Below, in pieces: positions 44,298 to 58,790 of a stretch of 64,000 bases of DNA (within the stretch, counting starts at the first letter, position 1; the number at the start of each line of letters is the position of its first letter). Under the pieces are notes generated by a model. It searched no databases. It had not been told where the DNA came from and saw nothing but the letters and a program-made list of their open reading frames with translations. The position numbers and the translations under genes were made by a program. The stretch comes from Octopus vulgaris (taxonomy: Eukaryota): NCBI GenBank assembly GCA_951406725.2, contig OX597823.1, positions 2,790,001 to 2,854,000 of the forward strand, given 5' to 3'.

Positions 44298-44299
44298 AT

Positions 44300-44934
44300 A
44301 AGACAACATAAGACAACACAATATAGTCACATGCAATACATATCGCCCACCAGATGGTCCAAACCACATAGGCAAGTTTGACGATTGCCTCACAAGAATT
44401 AAAGAAATCCTCATGAAACTGGAACACCACGTGAGCGTATTTCTTATGAGTGATTTCAACTTCCCCAACGTCAAATGGCCCGAAGGACTCATGCTTTCAA
44501 GAATGACTCATTGCAAGCAAGCACAGGTGGAGTCCCTGCTCAACCTCACTAATGACCTATTCACGGAGCAAGTTGTACTTAGACCAACTAGGGCGAATAA
44601 CATTTTGGATCTCTGCTTCACAAATAATATGGACATCGTTCATGGTGTGAAAATGACGCCGACACTAGTTTCGGATCACAACATAATAGAAATGTCTATG
44701 TATGGACCAAAAGTAGCTAGAGAAATACAGTCTTAAGGAAGCACCCAGAATCTCTCCAATCGGAACCAGAAATATGTCCCACAGCATAAGGCCAACACAA
44801 AAAGGAACAAGATTCCAAGGAAGAGGAAGATCCTCATGAGACGACGGACGAAGGATGCAAATAACCTCAACCAACATTCCAAAAGTGGTGAAAGGTCCCG
44901 CCTAAAAACAACACTGATGGAGAGTGAAAAAAGG

Positions 44935-44935
<1 letters not shown>
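44300..44935 (+). mobile_element. CR1-type LINE endonuclease fragment with internal deletion
   Basis: YRPP, SDFNFPNVKW, PTRANNILDLCFTN, SDHN; same family as 5247-7790. Confidence 0.85.
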
Positions 44936-44971
<36 letters not shown>

Positions 44972-45224
44972 CAGTAGTAGAAGTGGTCGTTGTAGTCATG
45001 GTGGTGGCAGTGGAAGGAGTGATAGGAATGATATTACAAACAACTGGGGTTTTTTTTGTATGTTTCTGAATGGCCTTCCAGGCTGCAATTGCTTTGGTTT
45101 CAGCGCATCATATCAGATCAAAACATCTGCTACGCAAGTACGTCTCCGATAATAAAATTCAAAAATATCTGTTAGAAAATGGTGTACTTATTCATTAAAA
45201 TAACAAGAAATAAAAAGCACTTAC

Positions 45225-45342
45225 TCGTTGATAAACATAAGTAAATAAGTGTGAGGGGCCAAAATTTTGAAGAGTGGATGCGTCGGAAATATATTCCTAT
45301 GCATGTGAGCAACGACAATTTGCATCAGCATATGGGTTAAAC
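45225..45342 (-). CDS. Lipoxygenase window exon 4
   Basis: TTTCAG/GTAAGT boundaries, 118 nt; LTHMLMQIVVAHMHRNIFPTHPLFKILAPHTYLLMFIN. Confidence 0.93.
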
Positions 45343-45564
45343 CTGAAAAAGAATATTATTTTCATCTTGTATTTTACATCATATATGCGATAAGCGATTT
45401 AAAACGAATACATTTTTATAGTTTTTTGCTGTTTTACTGGCTTCAGTGTTACAGGGGTGACCACAATGGAGCAATGCTTTCATGGGTTTTTAGTCCTAGT
45501 CTTCTATAAATTTAATTTATTAATATCTAGGTTGTTTTATAGGAAGCCTGACTCGAGTTCAACT

Positions 45565-46200
<636 letters not shown>

Positions 46201-47377
46201 CATGTTTGTATGTATGTATTGCAAATTTTATTAGCAATAATATATAGAAATTTTTTTTATTTTATGGTTAATTTTCCATAATATTTTCCCAGAAGATTTG
46301 GAGATGTTCCTTATAAAGTATTCATCAAGCAGAAATTACTGTCACCGACAGTACAATGCATCTCTACGACTTCCAAGGAGGAGGAAGTGGACCAGCGAAG
46401 GAAACAGGATAGTGATGCAGTGCTACTTAGAAAGTGAACCTAAAAGAAGGGGCCATAGAAAATGGGTGTTGATACTTTGGGTAGAGAAGGGTATGTTTCA
46501 AGTAACTGAGCTGAGATCAGTAGATCAAGCTAATGAAGTGGATGAGAGAAATGGAGGGGAGAAGAGATCACTTGAGAACTGGAAAAGAAAGACCAGACAG
46601 TGGGAAAGACAAACAACGACATAAGAGATACAACTGAAACAAAAGAAGAACCCAAAGGAAAAAAATAATAACAATAAGGAAGGGACAACTGGCTTTGAGT
46701 GATTTGAGTGATTTAAGTGGGGAAGATGAGAATATTTTAGATGAGTTTCAGGAAATAAATGAGTAAAGAAATAAGAAAAAGATTTCCAGCATTAAAAGAC
46801 ATCAACAGAAGGAAGCTACAAGGAGTGACTTGGAAAGTAGATTCTGTTGTCAGTTGGATAGGATAGATGCTAAAAATATAGGAGACACTAACTTATTGAT
46901 CTGTGCAGGAGGGGTAGTAGTACTTGCCACAAGATTAGATATTCCACTGGGTAAGATTAGAAAAGAGCAAATGTGGAAAAGGAGACTACAAAACAAAGTG
47001 GAGACTTTAAAACAAGACCTGGGTAGAATAGAAGCCTGGAAACTGAACAAGTTAGGAAGCACAAGATACAGATCTTCCCTTGAGAAAAGATACCTAGGCA
47101 AGAAAGCATTTGGGACAATAATAGAAGATTTGAAACAGCGTATCATAGCAGTAGCAGGCAGCATCTCCAGTTATAAGAAAAGAATAGATCTGTATCAACA
47201 GAATAGATTATTTGAGACAGACCAGAGGAGATTTTATAACCAAATAAAGATGAGAAACCTAATGCAGAAGAAGCTAGAAAGTTTTGCAGTAATATTTGGG
47301 ATAGACCAAATGCAGTATGGTTAAAGAAAGTGAGGAAAGAAGCAGTGAGTGAGAAACAGCCAAATCTATGATTAGCT

Positions 47378-47781
47378 ACTCTCTTTTACTCTTTTACTTG
47401 TTTCAGTCATTTGACTGCGGTCATGCTGGAGCACCGTCTTTAATCGAGCAACTCGACCCTGGGACTTATTCTTTTGTAAGCCCAGTACTTATTCTATAGG
47501 TCTCTTTTGCCGAACCGCTAAGTAACGGGGACATAAACACACCAGCATCGGTTGTCAAGCAATGCTAGGGGGACAAACATAGACACACAAACACACATAC
47601 ATATATATATACATATATACGACGGGCTTCTTTCAGTTTCCATCTACCAAATCCACTCACAAGGTTTTGGTCGGCCCGAGGCTATAGTAGAAGACACTTG
47701 CCCAAGGTGCCACGCAGTGGGACTGAACCCGGAACCATGTGTTGGTAAACAAGCTACTTACCACACAGCCACTCCTGCGCC
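47378..47781 (-). mobile_element. Full-length tRNA/CORE-like SINE inserted in a Dong/R4 fragment
   Basis: Colinear with 42428-42837; head GGCGCAGGAGTGGCTGTGTGGTAAG on the minus strand. Confidence 0.88.
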
Positions 47782-48387
47782 TAGTGTATTAAGTGTTAGG
47801 AAAAATGCCGAATTGGATGGCGCCAGGACTAGAGTTTGTTCAAGGGTAATGGCAAAAGAAATTTAGTAGTTTACATGAAGGTGGATGAGGGAACAATTCC
47901 AGGATTGCCTTAATGAAAGAATAATACCAGATTAGATGGCTAGAGGGAGGACACAACCCCTTATGAAAGATAAAAGCAAGGGTAGTACAGCTAGCAATTA
48001 TAGACCAATCACTTGCTTACCACTAGTGTGGAATCCGTTAACAAGAATGCTTTCAGAAAGCATTTACGAGCACCTTGACAACCAGAACCTACTACCAGAA
48101 GAACAGAAAGGTTGCAGAAAGAAGGCTAGAGGAAAACATGATCTATTATACACAGAAAAAGCAATCAATACCACCCAATCTAAAAAAAAAACATCTAAAA
48201 ACCTTAAAAATACCCTACAATCAAGATGTATTGCAAAAGTCGGCATTACTTGGAACTGCACGCATATTGTGTAAAGTACTGTCTGTGTGAGGTCCTTGTT
48301 GTGACTTGACAAACAGTACAAAAACCCCGATAGATACAACATCTTCAATCAACAACCACATGATATTGTATAATGTGCGGCGACGTC

Positions 48388-48469
<82 letters not shown>

Positions 48470-48873
48470 GTAATAATAATACTAAACACAGTAGAAAGTG
48501 ATAAGTGCAGAATCTCAAGGCAACTACAGTACCAGTGATTATAGGATCTCTAGGAATGATAAAAAAGGTACTGAAACCTATTTGAAAATGATTCCAGGCT
48601 TACTATCCCTACAGGAAGTGGAAAAAATCGTGTTAACTGGTACGGTTCATGTACTGAGAAGAGCACTATCGCTGTGAAAACAACATCCATCCATGAATTT
48701 AATATTTATTAATTTTTAAATACATATTTTATCTGTGAATTTGCGCATGTAATCTGGGAATGCATACAATGAGCTTCTCTGCCCTAGTTGTATGGAAAAC
48801 ACTCGGCGAGAAACGGAAGAAAATTTGAAGAAGGAAAAACATAATAATAATAATGATAATAATGATAATAATA

Positions 48874-48973
<100 letters not shown>

Positions 48974-49112
48974 ACAGGTATGGGAAGACATCTCAATCGC
49001 CAACCTGAGGAGAATACTAACGAAGGCTCATAAGTGGAAATCCCCTGTTATTGATAGAGTACCAAATTTCTGGCTCTCATCACTCTCGTCCGCACACAAA
49101 ATGTTAGTAATT

Positions 49113-49438
49113 TCTCTATATATAAACGGCAAAATGTCTGTGTGTGTGTCCTTTATAGAGATCCACAATTTTTCAGTTAGTGGGTTCGCACTTTCTATGA
49201 TCATTTCAAACCGTCCAAGGGTGATCGTGCACATCTTTACATTTCCCACTCACCCCGCGAAGCCATTAAAAAATTAATAGAAGTGACTATTATGTGAATT
49301 TTCTATCCAAAACCCAATCAAAATGCCCGAAACTTGATACACCAATTGAATGCCAGCTAGCTATATGTGATTGGTCGGAGATTTGGACAGTACTCGCGTG
49401 TACGTGCGCACACACGCAGCTGCATATGCATGCACTAG
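49113..49438 (+). mobile_element. Possible non-autonomous Helitron-like insertion in a Dong/R4 RT frame
   Basis: Interrupts the frame SAHKMLV / ALYNSIMKDPEK; begins TCTCTATATATAAA, has a subterminal hairpin GCGTGT...ACACGC and ends CTAG; no target duplication seen. Confidence 0.45.
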
Positions 49439-52144
49439 CACTATATAATAGTATTATGAAAGACCCGGAAAAAACACCCCATTGGATGGCAAATGGTATT
49501 ATTTACCTCCCCGCAAAAATAAGAAAACGAAAGACCCAAAAAACTACCGGCCTATAACATGTTTATCTACTCCCTATAAGATTTTGACATCTATTCTAGT
49601 AGAGAAAACATATACGTTTATGGAAGAGAATAACCTCTTCCCCACTGAACAAAAAGGATGCAGACGAGGCTCATACGGATGCAAAGATCAGCTCCTAATT
49701 AATTGCATGATCCTTGAGAACTGCCATAACAAGCGCAGAAAGCTCAGCTCTTCATGGATTGATTATAAAAAAGCCTTTGACAGCATACCGCATTCGTGAA
49801 TTCTGAAATCGCTGGACAGTTTCAAAATTTCTCCTGTGATGTCAAATTTTTTAAAGTATAATATGTCACTATGGAACACGAAGCTCCAATTATATCATTC
49901 TAATGGAGTATTGCACTCAAACAATATTAGCATAAACTGTGACAGTGTTCCACCGGGCAGGCTCACAGATACTGGTCCGAATCCAGCCTGTCGTTACCCA
50001 GCAATGGACCAGCACACATGGCATAGACGGAACACAGAAATCAATGCTGTTGTCATGGAGTATTACTACCTGAGCAACCCTGTAGACGAAAAAGGGGTTC
50101 ATATAGGGGATAGCGACAGAATATGCATGATCAACTCACGGAACAGAGATTATGTGATCAAGCTAGAGCAATGAGAAAAAAATCGTTGGTTCACAAAAGT
50201 AGAACTCGAAGCTATCAAAAGACAGTTATTGGAAAACAGCAGCAGAGGAAACGATGAAAATACAGTTCCTACAGATAAAAGTAATCTCATAGCAGAAAAC
50301 AGTGTTGAAATCTCTAATAAACCACAGTAAAAGAACAGTGATAGCTTGCTCGATGAGAGACATATAGATGGTTTGGGAGAAGACAATAAAACTAATGGTG
50401 ACATTACAGATGGGCCTTCGACAGAATAAAGGCAAGGCTACAGGAGATTGATAGCGACATTATTTGCAACCTTAAACAGGTTGATCGATGGAAATTGAAC
50501 CAAGAAACGAAAAATGTCAATGAAATTCTGAAATACATCAGAACAAACAACATCACAGAAACAAATAATTTGATCAAAGCAGCAAGTATTGTTGTAGCAG
50601 AAAATGTGGTGTCGATGTCAAGAAAAAGAAGCATAATGGAAGTGACAAAAGAAAAGATCCATGGTGGAAAAGAAGAATAGAGGCGAGGTTAGACATGCTT
50701 TCGAATGACATTTCTGAGTTAGGCCGAAATGAGAAGGGGGAGCTTAAAAGCGAACAAAAATACAGAGCGCTGAAAAGGAAGTATAATATTGAAAGAAAGG
50801 GCCTGAAAGTGGTAATGGAGGAACTGAAACAGCGCCTCATTGCAAAGAAAGCAAAGATGGTAAGATACGACTAAAGTGTGAAGGGTTACCACCAGAATAG
50901 GCTATTCGGAGTAGATCAGAAGAGATTCTATAAAGAAATAAATGGAGGATGTACAGATGAAAATTTGATACAAGATAACATTGAAAGTCAAAGGTTTTGG
51001 AATGACATCTGGAGCAAAGACAAGGAGCACAAGAAGGATGCTGAATGGTTGCAAGAACTGAAACAAACAGTAGCCTGTCCTAAACAGGCAGAAATAGTCA
51101 TTTCAGTTAAGGAAGTGAAGAAATCAGCAAAAAAAAAAAAAAATGACCAACTTGAAGGCCCCGGGACCAGATGGAGTTCAAGGCTACTGGATCAAAAGAT
51201 TTGGTGAATGTCGTGCATGAATAGCTGCGCAACTCAACACTTTGTTAAATGCCGGCCAAGCAAAACCAGAGTGGGTGGGACATTGGGTAGGACTGTGCTG
51301 TGCCTGAAAAACATCGGAAAAGGCAATACGGTAGACAATTACAGGCCGATATCCTGTTTGCCACTTACGTGGAAATTGTTGGTTGGAATAGTCGCAGAGT
51401 CAATGTACGGACATCTGGCAAAAAATAGAGTCCTGCCACAAGAGCAGAAGGGGTGCAAGCGTAAGTGCCAGAGGAAGACAAAACTGTACTTAGAGACTGC
51501 AAGAGGAGGAAAACTAACTTAGCAATGTCACGGATCGATTATCGTAAGGCGTACGATATGATCCCACATTCTTGTAGCAGGAGTAATCGCATGGACACTT
51601 TGCAACAAGTATGGACTTGACAGAGCAAAAAAGTGGTACGAACATAAACCCAAAGGCACCATCGAAAATGATAATGCAAAGATCCTATATGATTTTATGA
51701 TTCAGTTCGACTAGGAGATAGAGAATAGGAAGCCGGACATAGTCTTAATTGAGAAAAAAGCAAACGATGCTGGATGATAGATATAGCATGCCCAGCTGAC
51801 AACAAAGTATGTGATAAGGAAGAGAGAAAAGTCGAGAGATATGACAGGTTAGCTTGGGAAGTTAAGCAGTTGTGATCGCTGAATAAGGTGGTAGTAGTAC
51901 CAATAATTGTTGGAGCCCTGGGAACAGTGAGTAAAAATCTCGAGAAGTACGTGGAACAAATAGGGGCTGCAATAAGTGTGGAGACTTGCAGAAAACAGCA
52001 CTGCTTGGAACCGCTCCAATACTCCGGAAGGTGCTCGAAAAATAAGAGGTGTTACCTTAGTTCACTGGTAGTGAACAGCTGACGCTGTAGTACATCTTCA
52101 GTGCTAGAAGCTGTGCAAAGACAATAAAATAATAATAATAACAA

Positions 52145-52286
52145 TCCTTTCTACTGGAAGCCCAAGGCCTTAGAGTCGGGAGAAAGGACTCAGTCGATTA
52201 CATCGACCCTAGTGCATAACTGGTAATTATTTAATCGAACCCGAAAGGATGAAAGGCAAAGTCGACCCCAGCGAAATTTGAACTCA
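52145..52286 (-). mobile_element. Truncated SINE (Meta-domain-like family)
   Basis: CCCGAAAGGATGAAAGGCAAAGTCGACC block followed by (CAA)n/(TAA)n. Confidence 0.75.
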
Positions 52287-52292
52287 AACAAC

Positions 52293-52326
<34 letters not shown>

Positions 52327-52358
52327 AAAACAACGACGACGACGACAACAACAACAAC

Positions 52359-52411
<53 letters not shown>

Positions 52412-52508
52412 CCATGTGCACAACAGATTGATGATAATTGGCATCAGCCATATTGTACCACATTTTAGCAAGAGTCCAAACGCCTTCATCGTCTGTTGGA
52501 AGAAAGAC
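52412..52508 (-). CDS. Lipoxygenase window exon 3 (first two iron-binding His)
   Basis: TTTTAG/GTATTA boundaries, 97 nt; VFLPTDDEGVWTLAKMWYNMADANYHQSVVHM. Confidence 0.93.
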
Positions 52509-52699
52509 CTAAAAGAAAGTGGTAAATGTCAATGTTTCATAAGTAAATATTTGAACATCGAAATGAAATTAACTGGAAGACACAGACATATAGACAACCA
52601 GATCAACGCATACGCATAGATATCCAGCATGGTTGCATAGACATGCAAATCTCATGGGAAGTTGATTTCCTCAAAGAATTGTAACATACATAGGATATA

Positions 52700-53818
52700 G
52701 GGAGAAGTAAGAAGAAAAATAAGCGAAAATGCACTTTGGAACTCAAAAAAAGTAAAGGCTTTTTATGAAAAGTAACGATAGATATATACAATTAGATGAA
52801 CTGAGGTAGGAATAAAAGTAATGAAAGTTATTATTGTGAATTGTTAAAGAGATTCAAAAGCATACCGGTTTCGTAAAATTATTAATCATTGCTTTGAATG
52901 CACACCGATCACTGCACGGTGTCAGGTCTACTAGTCCCTGAGTAAAAAGATGTGTAAGGGAGATAAGTAGTTCTGGATTTGGTGCAATTAGGGTAGAAAT
53001 ATATCTTTAATGTGAATGGTATATAGGATGTATGGGGATTAGTGGTATTAATTGAAAGGTTAGTAATGTTCTGTATTATGTTATGTATTCATATTGAGTT
53101 GTGGAATATATTTATTAATGAAAGTTGCCTCTTTATTCATTCTTTGTTGTACTGAGGTATTCTGTGAACATTGATAGAAGGGGAAAATTAGGATTAAGAT
53201 TCCTAGCACATCTTTCTATATGTTCCCTAACCTGTATCCGTCTGTATTGTGTGTGTCGGATTTGTTCTTTGTCTTAGTGACATTCCTGTTTGCCCAATAT
53301 ATTGATTACCGCACCCTAAGCGTGTAATGGCATAGATTAGGTTTTCCGAGGCACAGGTAAAGTTTGACTTTATCTTAAATATTTCACCTTGTTTAAAGTG
53401 GAACACTGTACCCGCCAAAAGGTGGGGGCATGTGCCACAGTTAGATCGTCCGCAGTTTTTCACTTTTGGTTCCTTTGTTAATAGATATAGTCTTGCGTTG
53501 GTTAATATTATTTTTAATGATTTCGGTTGCATTTTGCTCCTGATAATTTTGTGTGAGCCTAAAATTTTGTTCATTGTTTTATCTCCTGTGAGAATGGATA
53601 GATTTTGTATGATGATGGGTTTATATAAGATGTCTGTTTCGATATGGTTATTGACTATTTTAATTAGGATGTCAAGAAAAGGAAGTTGTTTATTGCTGTG
53701 GTCCATGCTGAATTGTATGTTGCTATTGATATCGTTGTGCATTATTTTGAAATCGAGGAGTTTGTCAATGCTATCTTTCCAAAGTATAAAGCAATCATCT
53801 AAATAACTCTTCCAGTGA
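52700..53818 (-). mobile_element. Penelope-like element remnant (RT C-terminus + GIY-YIG endonuclease)
   Basis: WKSYLDDCFILW, LPFLDILI, TDILYKP, CGRSNCGTC, FTCASENLIYAI...YIGQTG..LRQR; decayed hammerhead at 52857-52895. Confidence 0.88.
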
Positions 53819-53819
53819 T

Positions 53820-56800
53820 GCCCTGGATTTGTAGACTTCGAATCTGCTTTCTCCTTTCTTAATTTCTTAAGACTGGTACGTAGGCAGTGTATTACATATC
53901 CCAGTTACCCAATAATTACATGTATAAACCTATTATGTCGCACGTTCGGATGACCTCTAATCAACTCAACTCTCGACGTCTAGACTTCTCCCTCTATATC
54001 TACATATTGGGCTAGCCTACTTCATCGTCTGGGGGCGTCCACACAACACCTCCCTCTTTTGAGTTTTTTAAACCCGAATTTATCAATTTTATTTCCTCGG
54101 TGAGAAACTGGCATATCTTGTTCTCTTAGCGTTAATTTCCATCATTTCTGTAGGTTTTCTCTCCCTGTTCGACCTACGTGTCGGTTCTGCTTTTGCTTGT
54201 GGTTCTGGGATCCCGAACACTTTTGCTTGTGGTTTTGGGACCTGGAACAAATCATACCATAAATCTATTCTTCTTGCCTCTCTTGGTTTTTGGTATATCT
54301 TTTTTTAATCGGTTTAAATGCCTTCTGTGTTCATATTTTGGTCCTTTTACCATGTACATTACGTTACCCAGACGTCCAGTCATACTTCTGTTCGGCAACC
54401 ATTTGTCAAAAATAGAACGAATTTTTCTAGAAAACATCAAATCTGCGGATGACCTACCCGACTCTGCATTTGGATTCGGTGTTATTCTATACACTTGCAA
54501 AAACTTTGTCATATTTGTATCTTCAAAGATTTCCCGTCAGGTCTTCCTTAAGGCTCTCTTGAATGTGTTGATGAATCTTTCCGCTAACCCATTTGACCTT
54601 CGATGGTATGGCGGAGTTAACACATGCTTCATTTGAACCGACTTACAGAATCTTTCGAACTCCTTCGCCGTGAATTGTGTACCATTATCCGACACGATCG
54701 TATCTGGCACTCCATAACGAGCGAACAGTTCTTCCAAGAAGTCAATAGTCACACTTGTGTTTGGCCTTGAACATTTACACACTTCAGGCCATTTGGAATA
54801 GCCATCCACCACAATGATATAATGAGAGCCATTTATTGGTCCTGCGAAATCCACATGTTGTCTAGACCAAGCCGAATCCGTTTTGGGCCATGGCTAAATC
54901 TGCACTAGGGGCGCCTTTGCTGCCATAGCGCACTCGCTACACTGTTTTACCAGTCTCTCAATTTGCTTGTCCACATTCGGCCAATAAGCGTAACTTCTCA
55001 TAATGCTCTTCATCCGGATAATCCCCGGATGTCCTACATGTAAGTCTTTTAATACTCTGGTATTACCACTCTTTGTGCATATAATAATACCTCATCACAC
55101 ACTAAACATTTTTTAATCTTATTTATGAACCTATCAATTCCCGATTGTAATTTAATTTCTTCCAGCGTTACCGGCAAATTACGTACTACTTTGTACAAAA
55201 TGTTCTTCAGTTCCATTTATGTTTTAACTATGCAATCACCGTATCTTCAAAAGGTTCCTCATATTTTGGACACGTCTGCGTGTCCCATTTTCATTGATAG
55301 CAAAAACTCCATATGGAAATCGTAATTCAACAGAGTAGTTCCCCAGCACTATAAGCGGTTTGCTGAGTGCGTGGGGATATCCTTTTTCGAACCAAAAATA
55401 GACAATAACGGTCGGTGATCCGTTTGCAGTGTAAACTTCTTCCCATGTAAGAATTTATGGAAATTTATTACTGCGAAGATTAATGATAACGCCTCTTTTT
55501 CAATCTGGCTGTAGTTTCTTTCTGCTGGTAATAGAACTCTCGATGCATGTGCAATAGCTTTGATTTTACCATCATTAAATTTATGCAATATCACAGCTCC
55601 TACACCATATTCATAGGCATCCGATGCCACAATTATTTTCAGATTTGGGTCGAAATCAGTTAATGATAACTCTGATGTTAACCGCTTTTTAATTCCTCGA
55701 ATGATTTCTGACATTCGTTTGTCCAGCTCCATTTCGAGTCCTTCTTTAGCAACCTATTCAACGGAACTCTTAGCTCATACATTTTAGGTATGCACAACTG
55801 GTAATAACTTACCAAACCTAAAAATGCTTGTAGTGTTGTTTTGTTAGTGGGAGCAGGCATTTTTTTATCGCGTCGATCCTAGAAGGGTCCGGTTTTCGCC
55901 CGTTTTCATCGATCACCTGTCATAAGTACTTTATTTTTATCAAGAAAAATTCCCATTTATCCTCCCTTACTTTGAACCCCTAATCACACATTCGTTTGGA
56001 AACCTCTTCTATATATTCAATATGTTGGTCCCTTGATTCACTTTTGATCAATATGTCATCCAAGCATGGGACCGCGAACTCACAATCTGCTAGCATAGTA
56101 GCCATCACTCACTGAAACATTGCTGGTGCGACCTTTACCCCAAATGGCAGTCTTTTGAGACGGTACAGACCTTTATGAGTACTGATTGTTAATACTTTAG
56201 CACGTTCTTCATCTACCAGTAATTGGAAGTAGGCCTCTGACAAATCCAGCTTGGAAAAAATTTTCCCACCATTGCACTTAGCAAATATTTCTTCTGGGTT
56301 TGGAAGCGGATAATTGCAATTTATTAAACAATCATTAAGACCAGTTGAGAAGTCCACACATACTCTTATCTCGTTGTTCTTCTTTTTTATATATAGACTA
56401 GGAGCCGCCCACTCGGAGTAGTCTACTTTTTCAATCATTTCCATGTCTTCCAATCTTTTTAATTCCTTCTCAACTTGATTTAACGCCGCAAAAGGTTCAT
56501 TCCTTTTCGGTTTGAACATCGGCATCGCATGTTCTTTCAACTCAAACATTACTTTAATTTTTTTACACGTACCGAGCTCTTTCGAAAAAATATCAGGGTA
56601 CATCTTTTTCAATTTTAATTTCATTTTTTCCGATGCTTTCTCTGACACAGACTGTGATGCCTTCACCTTGTTACATAATGTATTCAGTGATAGATCCTAC
56701 AGGTCGAATCCATCCTTCCATTAAATCTGTCCCGAACAGATTCATTGTATTCTTAGATACCATTAGTTTACATTTTCGCGTCCTATTTTTAAGTTTTATT

Positions 56801-57340
56801 TCTGGTGAAATTTCGCTCAAGAATTGAACTCGTTCCGCTGACACACTGTAGAGTATCCTAGTAGTTTTTTTATACAACGGTCTGCCTATCTTACTCCATG
56901 TTGCCGTATTTATTATCGATGCGTCTGAACCGGTATCTAATTGCATTTTGGTCTGAAACCCATTTTTTTCTGCCAACACATATTTTCGGTTTTGTCTGGT
57001 ATAATTTGCTTTTGTTGAATAGACTTTCTTCTGTTTTACCATTTTCTTTGACCGGCATTTCGTCTGTATATGTCCAATTTTACCACACTTAAAATAGGTT
57101 TTATCTTTTAAGGGGCAATCTTTCCTCAAATGGCGATCTCCGCAATCGTACCACCGTTTTGAATTAAAATTTTTCCTTCTTTCTGTACTTTCTTTACACA
57201 TTTGTACATTATTATTCCTGTCTTCTATCTTTCTTGTATCATCTCGAAGGTTTATTATTTGTTGGCATTCCTCAACCACTTTCTGCAAAGTGAGTTTCAC
57301 ATCTTGATTCAACTGTGTGGTTACTCTTCTCTGTCCCAAA
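53820..57340 (-). mobile_element. Decayed Gypsy (Mag-like) LTR retrotransposon, 5'-truncated
   Basis: Two gag zinc knuckles, protease LDTGS, RT (RVCVDFSTGLN, LDLSEAYFQ, RLPFGVKVAP, LDDILI), RNase H (ASDA, YSQIEKEAL, TDHRPL), integrase (DFAGP, IVSDNGTQF, SNGLAER); polypurine tract 54049-54060 then TG at 54048 starting the 3' LTR. Confidence 0.92.
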
Positions 57341-57599
57341 TCACTATGTCAGTTCTATTATGTTTATTGAGGTTTTCACTGGGATATCCCACCAGTGTTC
57401 CTTTTTATTATGAGTGGCTATGGCTTCTACCATACTGTGTGTTCTTATTTATTTGACCTCAGAATTATCCTTTCGAGTGATCTCCTTATGCAGTGTCCTG
57501 GCTGCAACATTATGTCTCATCGGTACATAATACCATGATGACATTTTCGGACAACTGCTTATGAAGAGAAGAGAATAGGAAACTGTTAATGAATCATTG

Positions 57600-58790
57600 T
57601 TACGAAAGTATCAAAAGTATCTCAGGCAGCCAAGAACCCTGATGACAAAGTAAAACTACAAAATGACGTGTGTGCAATATAAAAATGGGTTGATGAAAAT
57701 AACATGCAGTTCAATGCTGATAAGATTCAAGCACTCCACCATCGGCCCACAAATAGACTACTATAGAAATACAAATGACTAGAGGCTAGAGCAATCCCAG
57801 AATTAGAATTGGGGTGTGACCTGGGAATGCACATGAGTAGTGATGCAACATTCCATGTGAATATTACCAGGATGGCAAAACTGTGCAGGCGAGTAACTGG
57901 ACGAGTCCTTAGATCATTCAAAACCACAAATGAAGATACCTAGCTACTCCTATGGAGGACATTTGTCCTCAGTCTTCTGGATTACTGCCCCCCACTGTGG
58001 GCACCGCAGAGCATAATATATTAGTGACGGAACTTGAAGTAATCCAGCACCACTACACAAAGAACATTGACTCGTGAAACAGATGAGCTGCTACTGGGAA
58101 AGGCTACAAGAAGGGAAACTGGAGAGAAGGCGAGGAAGGTATGCAGTGATATGGAAGATCCTGGAAGGTCTAGCTTCCAACTATTAAATACTATACCTAT
58201 TTCTTTACTACCCACAAGGGGCTAAAGACAGAGAGGACAAACAAGGACAGACAAACGGATTAAGTCGATTATATCGACTTCAGTGCGTAACTGGTACTTA
58301 ATTTATCGACCGCGAAAGGATGAAAGGCAAAGTCAACCTCGGCTGAATTTGAACTCAGAACGTAACGGCAGACGAAATACCGCTAAGCATTTCGCCCGGC
58401 GTGCTAACGGTTCTGCCAGCTCGCCGCCTTATCTATTAAATACTATACCAACCACCGAAATAGACGGCATTGCTTAGTACCAAAGATACCGTTTTCTTCA
58501 TCTCAGATAAGGACTCAGTATTGCAACAGCTTAGGCTGTTTAACACCTTCCCAAGGAACCTTAGAGATCTGCAAGGGTTAGATGGGAAAACGTTCAGAAA
58601 GCACCTGAACAAATTTCTATCTGAACCCCCAGATGAGCCCACATGGTGACAGGAGGCACAAAGAAGAGCAGCTTCGTCTAACTCGCTTCTTCACCAAAAA
58701 TAGTACCAAAAGGAGACCCCAAAACATTGAATGGCGGTGCTCCAGCATGGTTCCAGCTTCTGGCTGAAACCAGTAAAAGAATAAAAGTGA
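57600..58790 (+). mobile_element. Decayed CR1-type LINE 3' fragment interrupted by a SINE
   Basis: ENNMQFNADK, LDYCPPLW, WKILEGL, LFNTFPRNLRDL, PDEPT remnants; tail GGCGGTGCTCCAGCATGG at ~58732. Confidence 0.85.
58198..58432 (-). mobile_element. Full-length tRNA-derived SINE (Meta-domain-like) with a 17-bp target site duplication
   Basis: CTATTAAATACTATACC at 58181-58197 and 58433-58449 flanks the element. Confidence 0.92.
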
